A stretch of 64,000 bases of DNA from assembly GCA_036645835.1 (NCBI GenBank), contig JAVXNK010000004.1, positions 29,193-93,192 of the forward strand, read 5' to 3'. Source of the stretch: Angelakisella sp. (GTDB lineage: Bacteria > Bacillota > Clostridia > Oscillospirales > Ruminococcaceae). The stretch's first letter is position 1. Each line of letters begins with the position of its first letter. Both the position numbers and the translations under genes were made by a program. Positions 1 through 9,388 of this stretch are shown here, piece by piece. The notes below the pieces were generated by a model. That model saw only the letters and a list, made by a program, of their open reading frames with translations, was not told the origin of the DNA and did not search any database.

Positions 1-450
1 CACAAGGCGAAGTATATTATCGTAGGTAGTGCGGGCTTTCTGTTCTGCTGCCATATCTTCATGCAGATCGGTAATGGGATCTCCCTTGCTGGCGAATGTT
101 GCCGAGCTGAATGGCATGCCTGAGGCGGCCATTGGCCATATGCCAGTTGTATGGTCAACAAAGTATTTATCAAAACCACTCTTCTGTATCTCTTCTATGG
201 AAAGGTTCCGTGTCAGTTGGTATACAATGGCGCAAATAATCTCCATGTGTGCGAGTTCCTCTGTCCCTATATCCGTAAGCACCCCCACCACCTGCTTATA
301 TGGCATGGTATAGCGTTGGGACAGATACCGCAGTGAAGCACCAAGTTCGCCATCCGGGCCGCCGTACTGTGCCATAATAATTTGTGCTGCTTTTGGATTG
401 CATTTGGTTATCTTTACAGGATACTCTAACCTTTTTTCATATATCCACAT
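1..450 (-). CDS. cotJC: Spore coat protein CotJC, manganese catalase family (runs off the window edge)
   Basis: Not in the ORF track because no stop lies in the window. Manual translation from ATG at 450 gives MWIYEKRLEYPVKI...QYGGPDGELGASLRYLSQRY...TDIGTEELAHMEII. It follows cotJA and cotJB. Confidence 0.93.
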   Translation of the reverse strand, partial: MWIYEKRLEYPVKITKCNPKAAQIIMAQYGGPDGELGASLRYLSQRYTMPYKQVVGVLTDIGTEELAHMEIICAIVYQLTRNLSIEEIQKSGFDKYFVDHTTGIWPMAASGMPFSSATFASKGDPITDLHEDMAAEQKARTTYDNILRLV

Positions 451-457
451 ATACTAC

Positions 458-721
458 TCACCCCAATTCCCATGGCCACGGGCAGTTTATCCATGCCCAA
501 CTGTTTTCCTGCATGCAGGGCGATTGTGCTGTCAGCGGTCCATACTTTTCACTGTACTCCATGACAGCTGTATGGTACAGCCTTTTAAATTCCTCTATCT
601 CCTGTAGCGCTACCGGGTCACAGGGATGAGTGTCCAGATACAGTATTGCCTCATATACAGCAAAACCATAGGTCTGTACCTTTAGCATTAATGCTTCCTT
701 GTCACAGCTTGTTTTAGTCAT
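458..721 (-). CDS. cotJB: Spore coat protein CotJB
   Basis: LYLDTHPCD...YGPLT...WAWINCPWPWE pattern; lies between cotJA and cotJC. Confidence 0.93.
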   Translation of the reverse strand: MTKTSCDKEALMLKVQTYGFAVYEAILYLDTHPCDPVALQEIEEFKRLYHTAVMEYSEKYGPLTAQSPCMQENSWAWINCPWPWELG

Positions 722-723
722 AA

Positions 724-972
724 TCAGCGCCTCCCCATAAACGGCTTAAAGAGTTCGGGGAACAGCGTCCCGCATTCCAACGCTTTTTCCAGAGGATAAA
801 CCTCATCCCATCTCTGCCATGGTACATAGGCCATTGCTACGCTTTTGTTATCTATTGCTATCACATTGTCGGTAATAACCGCAGCTATTCCTCTTTGCCC
901 GTGGTGGGCTCCGTGTTGTGCCTCCGCCATCCTGCGGTTGGCGTTGTAGTTGCCATTGCGATAGTTCTCCAC
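724..972 (-). CDS. cotJA: Spore coat-associated protein CotJA
   Basis: C-terminal AMAYVPWQRW...ALECGTLFPELFKPF motif; GTG start after an AAAGGAG RBS. Confidence 0.88.
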   Translation of the reverse strand: MENYRNGNYNANRRMAEAQHGAHHGQRGIAAVITDNVIAIDNKSVAMAYVPWQRWDEVYPLEKALECGTLFPELFKPFMGRR

Positions 973-1069
973 CTTGCGTTCTCCTTTCTAATGATTACCG
1001 CAGCGTATTCTACGGTCATTATTAGTTTATGCCCCACCTATGGGTTGAGTTCCTTTTGATGCAGCATGA

Positions 1070-1115
1070 AAAGCCACCCTTGGCACAGCAGTTTCACTGT
1101 GCCAAGGGTGGCTTT
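1070..1115 (-). terminator. Perfect 19-bp hairpin, probable intrinsic terminator after mnmA
   Basis: AAAGCCACCCTTGGCACAG-8 nt-CTGTGCCAAGGGTGGCTTT, 10 nt after the mnmA stop. Confidence 0.8.
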
Positions 1116-1125
1116 ATAAGGATAC

Positions 1126-2190
1126 CTATTCTATTGTTCCGCCCGCTAGTACCCGTTCTCCATCATAGAGCACTGCTGCCTGCCCCTTGGTGGGGGCTCG
1201 CTGCAGAGTATCAAATTCTATACTCAACCTACCGTCAGCAAGTGGTGACACTGTCGCAGTAGCAGCCTTATGGGAATACCGTATTTTAACCTGTGCGGTT
1301 ATTGGAACAACTATGGGCGCTGCGGCTACCCAGTTCACATCCCCTATCAGTATACTGCTTCTGAACAGTTCTGCCTCATCATCCACCAGCGTAATATTTC
1401 CACTGACTGGTGAAATGTCCGATACAAACGCCGGTTTACCCAAGGAGATACCCAAGCCTTTGCGCTGACCAATGGTATAGTGGCTGATACCCTTATGTTT
1501 TCCAAGGACTCTTCCCTGCTTATCTACAAAATAGCCGCCCTTGGCTGTCCTTCCGGTATAGCTCTCCAAAAATGCGCCGTAATCCCCATCCGGCACAAAG
1601 CAAATGTCCTGACTATCCGGTTTTTTTGCTACCACTAAATCATTTTGCTCTGCTATGCGGCGTATCTCTTCTTTTGGATATCCGCCTAGAGGCAGAAGGA
1701 AACAAGCCATCTGCTCCTGTGTTAGGTGGTAAAGCACATAGCTTTGATCCTTTTCAGGATATGCTGCCCGCATTAGCTCCCAGCGTGACGTCTTGTCATT
1801 ATAGATGGTTTTTGCATAATGTCCTGTGGCAATATAGTCAAACCCCAGCTCTTGCGCTTTGCGGTAAAAAGCATCAAACTTAATGTATCGGTTGCAAAGG
1901 ATACATGGGTTTGGAGTTCTCCCTTCGCAGTATTCCTTTGCAAAGCTATCTACCACACAGGTTTTAAAGAGCTCTTTAAAGTTGAAAACATAGTGAGGAA
2001 TTCCAAGCTGCGCACAAACATACCGTGCATCACTGATGTCATCTGCCGAGCAGCACTTAGATGTCGTAGTTTCCTCACCCCAAAGCATAAAGGTGGTGCC
2101 TACCACTTCGTAGCCCTGTTCTTTTAGCAAAAAGGCGGCAACAGAACTATCCACACCGCCGCTCATACCAATCATTACCTTTTTTTTCAT
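1126..2190 (-). CDS. mnmA: tRNA 2-thiouridine(34) synthase MnmA
   Basis: GMSGGVDSS, TPNPCILCN, ATGHYA, KDQSY, DSQDICF and TIGQRKG motifs. Start moved to MKKK at 2190, which follows a GGAGG RBS. Confidence 0.97.
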   Translation of the reverse strand: MKKKVMIGMSGGVDSSVAAFLLKEQGYEVVGTTFMLWGEETTTSKCCSADDISDARYVCAQLGIPHYVFNFKELFKTCVVDSFAKEYCEGRTPNPCILCNRYIKFDAFYRKAQELGFDYIATGHYAKTIYNDKTSRWELMRAAYPEKDQSYVLYHLTQEQMACFLLPLGGYPKEEIRRIAEQNDLVVAKKPDSQDICFVPDGDYGAFLESYTGRTAKGGYFVDKQGRVLGKHKGISHYTIGQRKGLGISLGKPAFVSDISPVSGNITLVDDEAELFRSSILIGDVNWVAAAPIVVPITAQVKIRYSHKAATATVSPLADGRLSIEFDTLQRAPTKGQAAVLYDGERVLAGGTIE

Positions 2191-2206
2191 AGTCTGTCCC
2201 TCCTGT

Positions 2207-2701
2207 TCATACAAAAACCCCTGTGGCAAAGTATCCTAGGCCAATTGCACACAGGGTATATACCAAATTTCCCAAAAAGGAATAAATACAATAGCAACGC
2301 CATTCCATTCCAAGTATCCCCGCAATGATACTGCCAAAAGTACGTACCACAGGAATAAGTCTCACAACAAATATGGATGGTGCCCCGTACTTTCTAATAA
2401 GCTCCTGCATACGGGCATAGGACTTTGCAAATTTCTGGTTTTGTGATAATTTGGTGACCGACCACTGGCTAAACTTTAAGCCTACAAGGTAAACGCCCAC
2501 CATGGTAATGCTGCCTACTATAAGTGCAATGATAACACCTGTATGCAGCGGTACCAGGCCCATGCGACTCATAATACCTATAGCAGGCAGGATAATGCCA
2601 CCTGGATAGCCGGGCAACCCCAGATATTCCATGGCCACAAATAATACCAACATCCATACGCCATTCTCAATGATGTAATTCTGTATAATTTCTATGGTCA
2701 T
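2207..2701 (-). CDS. DedA/VTT-family membrane protein (short)
   Basis: Hydrophobic; EYLGLPGYPG near the N-terminus and the VRLIPVVRTF (RFxP-type) motif; GAGGAG RBS. Confidence 0.8.
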   Translation of the reverse strand: MTIEIIQNYIIENGVWMLVLFVAMEYLGLPGYPGGIILPAIGIMSRMGLVPLHTGVIIALIVGSITMVGVYLVGLKFSQWSVTKLSQNQKFAKSYARMQELIRKYGAPSIFVVRLIPVVRTFGSIIAGILGMEWRCYCIYSFLGNLVYTLCAIGLGYFATGVFV

Positions 2702-2779
2702 TGGCAACTGTTCTCCTCAAAGCACTTTTATACTTCATGTGCTGTATCTTCCGTTAAGATAAAACAAGCTGTCGTTTCT

Positions 2780-4333
2780 TTACGGCAGCCTGTTTTTAAA
2801 CTTTTTTCGACCGCCTGTCAGTTTTTCACACACTCCAACTACAACTAATCCCATCTCATGGGTACGCAGTAGGATATTCAAAAGACCATATATAATTGCT
2901 CCGCAACCTACGGCTATCACCAGTGAAGCTACTATGGACTGGGTAAGGGTAAAGACCATATTGTAAAGCGGCACCACAGCAGCAGACATTCCGCAGGTGG
3001 CCAGCAACATTTTAAAAAGGCTGATAAACAGTCGTTTAAGTCCCAGTTGCCCTATCCTCCTGCGCAGGCTTACAGTCAGCATTACCAGTGTAATAATTCC
3101 TGAAAGTGAGGTGGCCAATGCTAAACCGCTGTGTGCCATAGGTTTTAGCAATATCAGGTTAAATATCGTGTTCAGCACCAGTGTAATAATCGAGTTAATG
3201 GTAGGTGTCTTTGTATCCTCAATAGCATAAAACACGTTGATCATAACATCCTTAATGCTAAAGGCCAACAAACCAAAGGAATAGAAAAAAAGTACCTGTG
3301 CAGTACGTTCTACATCTGCTGCAGTAAAGGCTCCCCGTAAAAAGAGTAACGATACAATCTCCCTCGAGAATATCATGATACCTGCCGAAATAGGAAGCAC
3401 CAATAACGACATAATCCCAGAGCTGGTTACAAAGGTTGATTTCAACTTCTTAGTATTGTTTCCTGCACTCAGTTTAGAAAGCTGCGGAAAAATAGCTGTA
3501 GCCACAGATACTACAAATACTGCGGTGACGAATCCGGTAATGCGGTTGGCATAGCTTAGTGCCGAAACACTGCCCTCTGGCAGTACCGATGCAATGGTTC
3601 GGTCCAGCATAGTATTTAGCTGTGTAATAGCCTTCCCCAAAAAGATGGGAAACACCAACCATATTAGACGTCGTATATTCTTATCACCAAAATTAAAGCT
3701 GGGTTGAAAGCTGTATTTATGGCGTTTGGCAGCAATATACAGCATTAAGAAGGAGGCGGCATAGCCTACTACAACACCCCATCCCAGCAGACGGTAGGTT
3801 TCGGGCTTTGAAAACAATATTGATGCAACTACTGCAATGTTTAGCGGAACACTAACCATACCTACGGCAAAAAAACTGCCCTGTATCTGTAAAAATCCCT
3901 GCAATATAAAGTAGACACCAATAAAAAGAATGGAAGCCATCATAATGCGGGATAGTATTACCGCCATCTCCAAGGTCTCACCCTCAAAGCCCAGTGCAAA
4001 TAACTGGACAATGGGACGGTCAAAGATTAGGAATACCGCAAAAATCCCTAAAGACAACATAAACACCATGGTCATGACGGTGTTGTTAAAGCGTTTAAGC
4101 TCATGAGGTTCATTTCTTTGCAGGCCTGTATAAATAGGAATATAACTGGTAAGTATGGCAGTGCCAATACCGGAAAAGATAATGGTCGGAATAGAAAAAG
4201 CGACGACATAGGCGTCGCTTATTGCCGATGCTCCGTAAACATAAGCCAGGGATAGCTCACGGGCAAAGCCAAGTATTTTGGCAAAGATGGTAGTACCCAT
4301 CAAAATAATAGTATAGGTGGCTGCTTTGCTCAT
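2780..4333 (-). CDS. murJ: Lipid II flippase MurJ (MviN)
   Basis: KILGFARE...DAYVVAFSIP N-terminus, SALSYANR motif, about 14 hydrophobic segments. Confidence 0.92.
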   Translation of the reverse strand: MSKAATYTIILMGTTIFAKILGFARELSLAYVYGASAISDAYVVAFSIPTIIFSGIGTAILTSYIPIYTGLQRNEPHELKRFNNTVMTMVFMLSLGIFAVFLIFDRPIVQLFALGFEGETLEMAVILSRIMMASILFIGVYFILQGFLQIQGSFFAVGMVSVPLNIAVVASILFSKPETYRLLGWGVVVGYAASFLMLYIAAKRHKYSFQPSFNFGDKNIRRLIWLVFPIFLGKAITQLNTMLDRTIASVLPEGSVSALSYANRITGFVTAVFVVSVATAIFPQLSKLSAGNNTKKLKSTFVTSSGIMSLLVLPISAGIMIFSREIVSLLFLRGAFTAADVERTAQVLFFYSFGLLAFSIKDVMINVFYAIEDTKTPTINSIITLVLNTIFNLILLKPMAHSGLALATSLSGIITLVMLTVSLRRRIGQLGLKRLFISLFKMLLATCGMSAAVVPLYNMVFTLTQSIVASLVIAVGCGAIIYGLLNILLRTHEMGLVVVGVCEKLTGGRKKFKNRLP

Positions 4334-4372
4334 AGGCGCTCCTTTCGATAGGAAGGTTTATAAACACAGGGA

Positions 4373-4894
4373 TTACTTAAGCACGCCAAACTGGCTGACC
4401 GGCCATATGGTAAAGACTGCTTTTCCCTCAATTTTATCTTCAGAGATATAAGGGTTTTCCCATCCGCGGGCATCAAAGGAACCTCTCCTGTTGTCTCCTA
4501 AAAAGAAATAACAATCCTCGGGAACCTCAAACTCACCACTTATTTTGGCTTGATTTTTTACATAGCTTTCCTCAATCATCTGTCCGTTAATGAAAACTTG
4601 TCCCGTCTCATCAATGGTAACCTTCTCACCCGGCAACCCAATAAGCCGTTTCACCAGAGTGATACCCAGTTCATCCGATTTAAATACTACAATATCCCCG
4701 CGAACCAAGCTTTCCTCAGGATTGTGCACCCGTGTAGCAAACAGAAAGCTGCGTTCCAGTATCGTAGGAATCATGGAGCCGGTGGGTACAATCACAAAGA
4801 AGAATACGTACTTCACCAGAAGCAGTACCACTGCAATTTCTATTGCAAAGGGAATTACCCATTCCTTAAAAAATTTGCGAACCTGTACATTCAT
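4373..4894 (-). CDS. lepB: Signal peptidase I
   Basis: PTGSMIPT (catalytic Ser), LVKRLIGLPG (Lys) and GDNRRGSFDAR motifs. Confidence 0.95.
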   Translation of the reverse strand: MNVQVRKFFKEWVIPFAIEIAVVLLLVKYVFFFVIVPTGSMIPTILERSFLFATRVHNPEESLVRGDIVVFKSDELGITLVKRLIGLPGEKVTIDETGQVFINGQMIEESYVKNQAKISGEFEVPEDCYFFLGDNRRGSFDARGWENPYISEDKIEGKAVFTIWPVSQFGVLK

Positions 4895-5097
4895 TCTACA
4901 GCGAACCTCATTTCAAAAAATATACTGCCTGCCCAGCCATTTCAAACTTTGAGCATATGAAAGTATTATACGACGATTGCCACGGAAAAACAAGCAAAAT
5001 TCCTTTGGTTGCGGTGCTATAGCGCAAAAAAGAGCAGTTTTGCCGTAAGGCTAAATACCTTTACAGCAAAACCGCTCCGTTTAATAGGAGAAATATT

Positions 5098-6267
5098 CTA
5101 TTTTTTAACCTGTTTTAAGAAGCTTTGCCCCTTAATATCTGCCTTCACTTCCAAATAGTCCGCAATGGTAGCAGCTATGTTGCAAAAACCTGTTTGCGTG
5201 CCCAAATTGACCCCATGTCGAATGGTGTCACCCACTATTAGCATAGGGGTATGCTCTCGAGAGTGGTCGGTACTGGGGGTAGAAGGGTCGCAGCCATGGT
5301 CTGCTGTAATAATAAGAACATCCTCTGGCTGTAACAAGGGAAGAAGTTCGGCAAGCTGCTTGTCAAACTCAGTAAGTGCAGTAGCATAGCCTTCCACATT
5401 GTTGCGGTGGCCATACACCATATCAAAATCCACAAGGTTTACAAAGCAAAGGCCGTGGAAGTCACGTGCTGCATACTCAATTGTTTTGTTCATGCCATCA
5501 AAATTAGACTTTGTACGCACAAAGGAGCTAATGCCCTTGCCCGCAAAGATATCATTAATCTTACCTACGCCAATGCTATCCATGCCATGCTCGCACAATG
5601 CATCCAACAGTGTGGGCGCAGGAGGTAGTAGCGAATAGTCATGTCTGTTGGATGTGCGCATGAAGCTACCGGGAGTCCCCAAAAACGGTCTGGCAATAAT
5701 TCTTCCTACACCATGTTCCCCGCTCATAATTTCACGAGCCATTTCACATATTTTATAAAGCTCTGCAATGGGAACAATCTCCTCGTGGGCAGCTATCTGC
5801 AGTACGCTGTCTGCGGAGGTGTAGACAATCAAGTCTCCGGTTTTCATATGCTGCTCTCCGAAGTCATCCAGTACAGCTGTGCCGGAATAGGGCAGGTTAC
5901 ACAGAATACCGCGCCCCGTAGCTGCAGTCAGTTTGTCAAGTATCTCTTTTGGGAAGCCATTCGGGTAGGTTGGCAGTGGGCTTTCCGATATAATACCTGC
6001 AATCTCCCAGTGTCCAATGGTGGTGTCCTTTCCTTTAGATGATTCTGCCAAACGGCAAAAGCTTCCCACAGGATGCTCCACGGGATCTCCACATCCCACC
6101 TCATCTATATTAAAGATACCCAACTCACGAAGGGTAGGAACATGAAACTTATCAGATGTGGCACAGGCTGCAAGAGTATTGCTCCCCGCATCCCCATACT
6201 CTGCCGAATCTGCCATCTCACCTATGCCTACACTATCCAATACAATTAGAAAAACTCTCTTTGACAT
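5098..6267 (-). CDS. deoB: Phosphopentomutase
   Basis: IVLDSVGIG, GKDTTIGHWEIAG, LVDFDMVYGHRNN, ITADHGCDP and DHSREH motifs. Confidence 0.96.
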   Translation of the reverse strand: MSKRVFLIVLDSVGIGEMADSAEYGDAGSNTLAACATSDKFHVPTLRELGIFNIDEVGCGDPVEHPVGSFCRLAESSKGKDTTIGHWEIAGIISESPLPTYPNGFPKEILDKLTAATGRGILCNLPYSGTAVLDDFGEQHMKTGDLIVYTSADSVLQIAAHEEIVPIAELYKICEMAREIMSGEHGVGRIIARPFLGTPGSFMRTSNRHDYSLLPPAPTLLDALCEHGMDSIGVGKINDIFAGKGISSFVRTKSNFDGMNKTIEYAARDFHGLCFVNLVDFDMVYGHRNNVEGYATALTEFDKQLAELLPLLQPEDVLIITADHGCDPSTPSTDHSREHTPMLIVGDTIRHGVNLGTQTGFCNIAATIADYLEVKADIKGQSFLKQVKK

Positions 6268-6461
6268 ATGGCTCTCCCCCTGTAACTATAATTATTACCA
6301 TTATTATAACACTGCACCTTAAATATGCAACCTTATTATTATTGAACTTTCAACCAACATTTATATACATATTGATAGCATTTAAATAACACAAATGTTT
6401 ATTATCACCATAATAATAAAAAATATGAAGCCTATTTATATCTATAAATGGCAAAAACCAA

Positions 6462-6490
6462 TTGACTTTTATTAGTATGGGTAGTAGAAT
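6462..6490 (+). promoter_or_regulatory. SigA-type promoter of the nucleoside transport operon
   Basis: TTGACT-17 nt-TAGAAT, about 75 nt upstream of the start at 6564. Confidence 0.7.
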
Positions 6491-6563
6491 GATTTCTAAG
6501 AGGGTTGGACGAAATTACCATCCGTCTGTTATTTTTGATTATGTCAAAAAAAGGAGAAAAGAA

Positions 6564-7724
6564 ATGAAAAAGTACCTATCGTTCCTGCTTGCAATGACTA
6601 TGGTTATTGCTATGTTCGCCGGATGCGGCGCTCCCCCTGCACCTGCGACTTCTGCTGCCCCTGCTCCCGCTCCTGAGGCTTCTGCAGCACCCGCAGCCCC
6701 CGCTCCTGAGGCTCCCAAGGCAGAAAAACTGAAGGTTGCTAACATCGTTAACGGCAACCTCGGCGACAAGTCCTTCTTTGATTCCTGCGAAGCAGGCCTC
6801 AAGAAGCTTGCCAGCGACGGCGTTATCGAATACAAGACCTTTGAGCTTGGTGCTACCGATGCTGACAAGCCCAAGTGGAAGACCACCCTGGACGAACTTG
6901 CCATGGGCGGCGAGTATGACCTCATCATCTGCGGCACCTGGCAGATGCCCGAATACCTGGCAGAGACTGCCAAGAACAACCCCGACCAGAAGTTCCTGTA
7001 CTATGATGGCGAGTGCACTGCCCCCAACATTGCCAGCATTACCTACAAGCAGAACGACCTCGGCTACCTGGTAGGTACCGCTGCTGCTCTGATGACCACC
7101 TCCAACATTGAAAGAATGAATCCCGAAAAGATCATTGGATTTGTTGGCGGCGAGGATGGTCCCGTTATCAATGACTTCCTGGTAGGTTACATTCAGGGTG
7201 CACAGGCTGTTGATAAGGACATTAAGGTTGACACCCAGTATGTTGGCAACTTCTTTGATACCGGAAAAGGCAAAGAGCTTGCAAACGTTATGTTCAAGAA
7301 CAAGTGCGATGTCGTTTGGGGCGTTGCAGGCGGAGCCGGTAACGGTGCTGCCGAGTCTGCCAAGGACAACAAGGGCTGGTTCATCGGCGTTGACTCTGAC
7401 CAAGAGGCTACCTTTGCAGTCAGCCAGCCCGAAATGGCTGCTGTTACCGCTTTCTCTGGCCTAAAGAACATCGGCGATTCTATGGTTCTTGCAATCAATC
7501 AGATGAAGGATGGCAAGCTGGAATTTGGCAAGACCACCTCTTTGGGTCTTGGCGAAGGCGGCGTAGGCCTGACCACCACCGGCAACTACACTAAGCTTCC
7601 CGAGGATATCAGAAAGGCTCTTGACGGCCTGACCCCCAAGGTTGCTTCTGGCGAGATCAAGGTTAGCACTGCTTTTGACCCCGCTATTGACGTAAAGGCT
7701 ATCAGAGAAGCTGCCCGTCCCTAA
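6564..7724 (+). CDS. BMP/PnrA-family nucleoside-binding lipoprotein of an ABC transporter
   Basis: Lipobox MFAG-C; GDKSFFDS and WFIGVDSDQ motifs; AAGGAG RBS before the ATG at 6564; heads an ABC operon with nucleoside hydrolases. Confidence 0.9.
   Translation: MKKYLSFLLAMTMVIAMFAGCGAPPAPATSAAPAPAPEASAAPAAPAPEAPKAEKLKVANIVNGNLGDKSFFDSCEAGLKKLASDGVIEYKTFELGATDADKPKWKTTLDELAMGGEYDLIICGTWQMPEYLAETAKNNPDQKFLYYDGECTAPNIASITYKQNDLGYLVGTAAALMTTSNIERMNPEKIIGFVGGEDGPVINDFLVGYIQGAQAVDKDIKVDTQYVGNFFDTGKGKELANVMFKNKCDVVWGVAGGAGNGAAESAKDNKGWFIGVDSDQEATFAVSQPEMAAVTAFSGLKNIGDSMVLAINQMKDGKLEFGKTTSLGLGEGGVGLTTTGNYTKLPEDIRKALDGLTPKVASGEIKVSTAFDPAIDVKAIREAARP
6631..6717 (+). repeat. Pro/Ala-rich low-complexity linker after the lipid anchor
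   Basis: APPAPATSAAPAPAPEASAAPAAPAPEAPK; CCCGCTCCTGAGGCT occurs twice. Confidence 0.8.
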
Positions 7725-7730
7725 TAGGAC

Positions 7731-7787
7731 TAAGCTGCTGGCAGCTTACACTTTTGCAAAAGAAGGGGGAGCTGGCGCTCCCCCTTT
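7731..7787 (+). terminator. Two hairpins between the binding-protein and ATPase genes (mRNA stabiliser or partial terminator)
   Basis: TAAGCTGC-TG-GCAGCTTA (7731-7748) and AAGGGGGAGC-TGGC-GCTCCCCCTT (7763-7786). Confidence 0.6.
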
Positions 7788-7825
7788 ACTATTACCCTAC
7801 TAACATCAATGGGAGGAAATACTAT

Positions 7826-9388
7826 ATGGAGGATCAGAATATTGTAGTGCAGATGAATGGCATTACCAAGGTCTATCCAAATGGAATCGCCGCCAATCAG
7901 CATGTTGATTTTTCTGTACGCAAAGGAGAAATTCATGCTTTAATGGGTGAAAACGGCGCCGGAAAATCTACACTAATGAAGATGCTTTTTGGTTTGGAAC
8001 AGCCCGAGGAGGGCGAAATTATCATTAATGGCGAAAAGGTTGTACTTTCCTCGCCAAATGTTGCAATCGCCAAGGGCATTGGAATGGTGCATCAGCACTT
8101 TATGTTGGTCCCCTCCCTGACTGTAGCGGAAAATATTGTTCTGGGTATGGAACCCAAAAAGGGTGGAGTGTTTCTCGACTACAATAAGGCTGTTGCAATT
8201 ACCGAGGAGTATGCTAAAAAATACAATCTGCATGTAGAACCTCACGCAAAAGTGATGGACATCCCTGTAGGTATGAAACAGAAGGTAGAAATCCTAAAAG
8301 CCTTGGTGCGGGGTGCCCAGATACTCATACTGGACGAACCAACTGCAGTGCTTACCACACAGGAAACTACCGAACTCTTTAAGGAGCTTATTCACTTTAA
8401 AGAACAGGGTCATACTATTATCTTTATTTCTCACAAGTTAAAAGAAATAAAGCAGATTACCGATAGGCTTACCATCATGCGGGCAGGTAAATCTATGGGT
8501 GTCTTTAATACGTCTGATGTATCCGAGCAAGATATCTCCCGCCTTATGGTCGGACGTGATGTTGTGCTGAAGGTGAATAAGGAGAAGGCAGTGCCTACCG
8601 ATACTATTCTCAAAGTCACCGATATTCACTATGAAAATGAGTATGGAAAGAAAATGCTCAACGGCGTCTCCTTTAATGTTCGGAAGGGCGAAATCCTGGG
8701 TATTGCAGGTGTCGAAGGCAACGGCCAGAAGGAAATGGTGGAGATGCTCTTTGATATGAACCGCCCCGATACCGGTAAAATTGAGGTGTGCGGCGAAACC
8801 ATTACTGACAAGGGTCAGCGTTACATAAGAGGACTGGGCGTATCCCATATTCCCGAGGACAGAATGCTGTTTGGTGTTGCCGGCGGCGGAACCATTGAGG
8901 AAAATCTCATATCCGACCGTTATGACAAACCTCAGTTTAATAATGGCGCACTATTTAATATGAATGAAATACATGCGGAAAGCAAAAAGCTGATTGAGGA
9001 CTATCTGGTGCTATGTAAGTCTGAAAAGCAGCAGGTGAAGATGCTTTCCGGAGGTAACATACAAAAGGTGGTTGTAGCCAGAGAATTTTCCTGCAATCCT
9101 AAGCTAATTATAGCTGACCAGCCTACCCGAGGCATCGACGTTGGCGCCACCGAGTTTATCCGCAGAAAACTGGTAGAACTTAGCCGTGAAGGTGCTGCTG
9201 TACTATTGGTATCGGCAGACCTAAACGAAATCATTGAGCTTTCCGACAGTCTTGTGGTATTCTATGGCGGCGAGATTGTGGCGTACTTTGAAGATACCTC
9301 TACCCTAACCGACCTAGAAATGGGTGAATACATGTTGGGGCTTAAACGTCAATCTATAGAAGAAATAAGGAGGGTGGCACATGCGTAA
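7826..9388 (+). CDS. ABC transporter ATP-binding protein (two ABC domains, CUT2/nucleoside type)
   Basis: GENGAGKST, ILILDEPT, LSGGNIQK and QPTRGIDVG motifs. Start at 7826 follows a GGGAGG RBS. Confidence 0.95.
   Translation: MEDQNIVVQMNGITKVYPNGIAANQHVDFSVRKGEIHALMGENGAGKSTLMKMLFGLEQPEEGEIIINGEKVVLSSPNVAIAKGIGMVHQHFMLVPSLTVAENIVLGMEPKKGGVFLDYNKAVAITEEYAKKYNLHVEPHAKVMDIPVGMKQKVEILKALVRGAQILILDEPTAVLTTQETTELFKELIHFKEQGHTIIFISHKLKEIKQITDRLTIMRAGKSMGVFNTSDVSEQDISRLMVGRDVVLKVNKEKAVPTDTILKVTDIHYENEYGKKMLNGVSFNVRKGEILGIAGVEGNGQKEMVEMLFDMNRPDTGKIEVCGETITDKGQRYIRGLGVSHIPEDRMLFGVAGGGTIEENLISDRYDKPQFNNGALFNMNEIHAESKKLIEDYLVLCKSEKQQVKMLSGGNIQKVVVAREFSCNPKLIIADQPTRGIDVGATEFIRRKLVELSREGAAVLLVSADLNEIIELSDSLVVFYGGEIVAYFEDTSTLTDLEMGEYMLGLKRQSIEEIRRVAHA

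Noticed and set aside
2207-2701. DedA as a truncated pseudogene
   Set aside because: The frame is intact with an RBS and core motifs, and there is no downstream remnant before mnmA. Short DedA proteins exist.
6268-6430. Additional ATT/TAA-rich inverted repeats in the deoB promoter region
   Set aside because: The sequence is very AT-rich and low in complexity, so such matches are expected by chance.
6576-7403. Long antisense or alternate-frame ORFs (also 41656-42501, 51332-52066, 59728-60555, 11814-12602, 25614-26258)
   Set aside because: All lie over well-supported genes, and I recognised no protein motifs in them.
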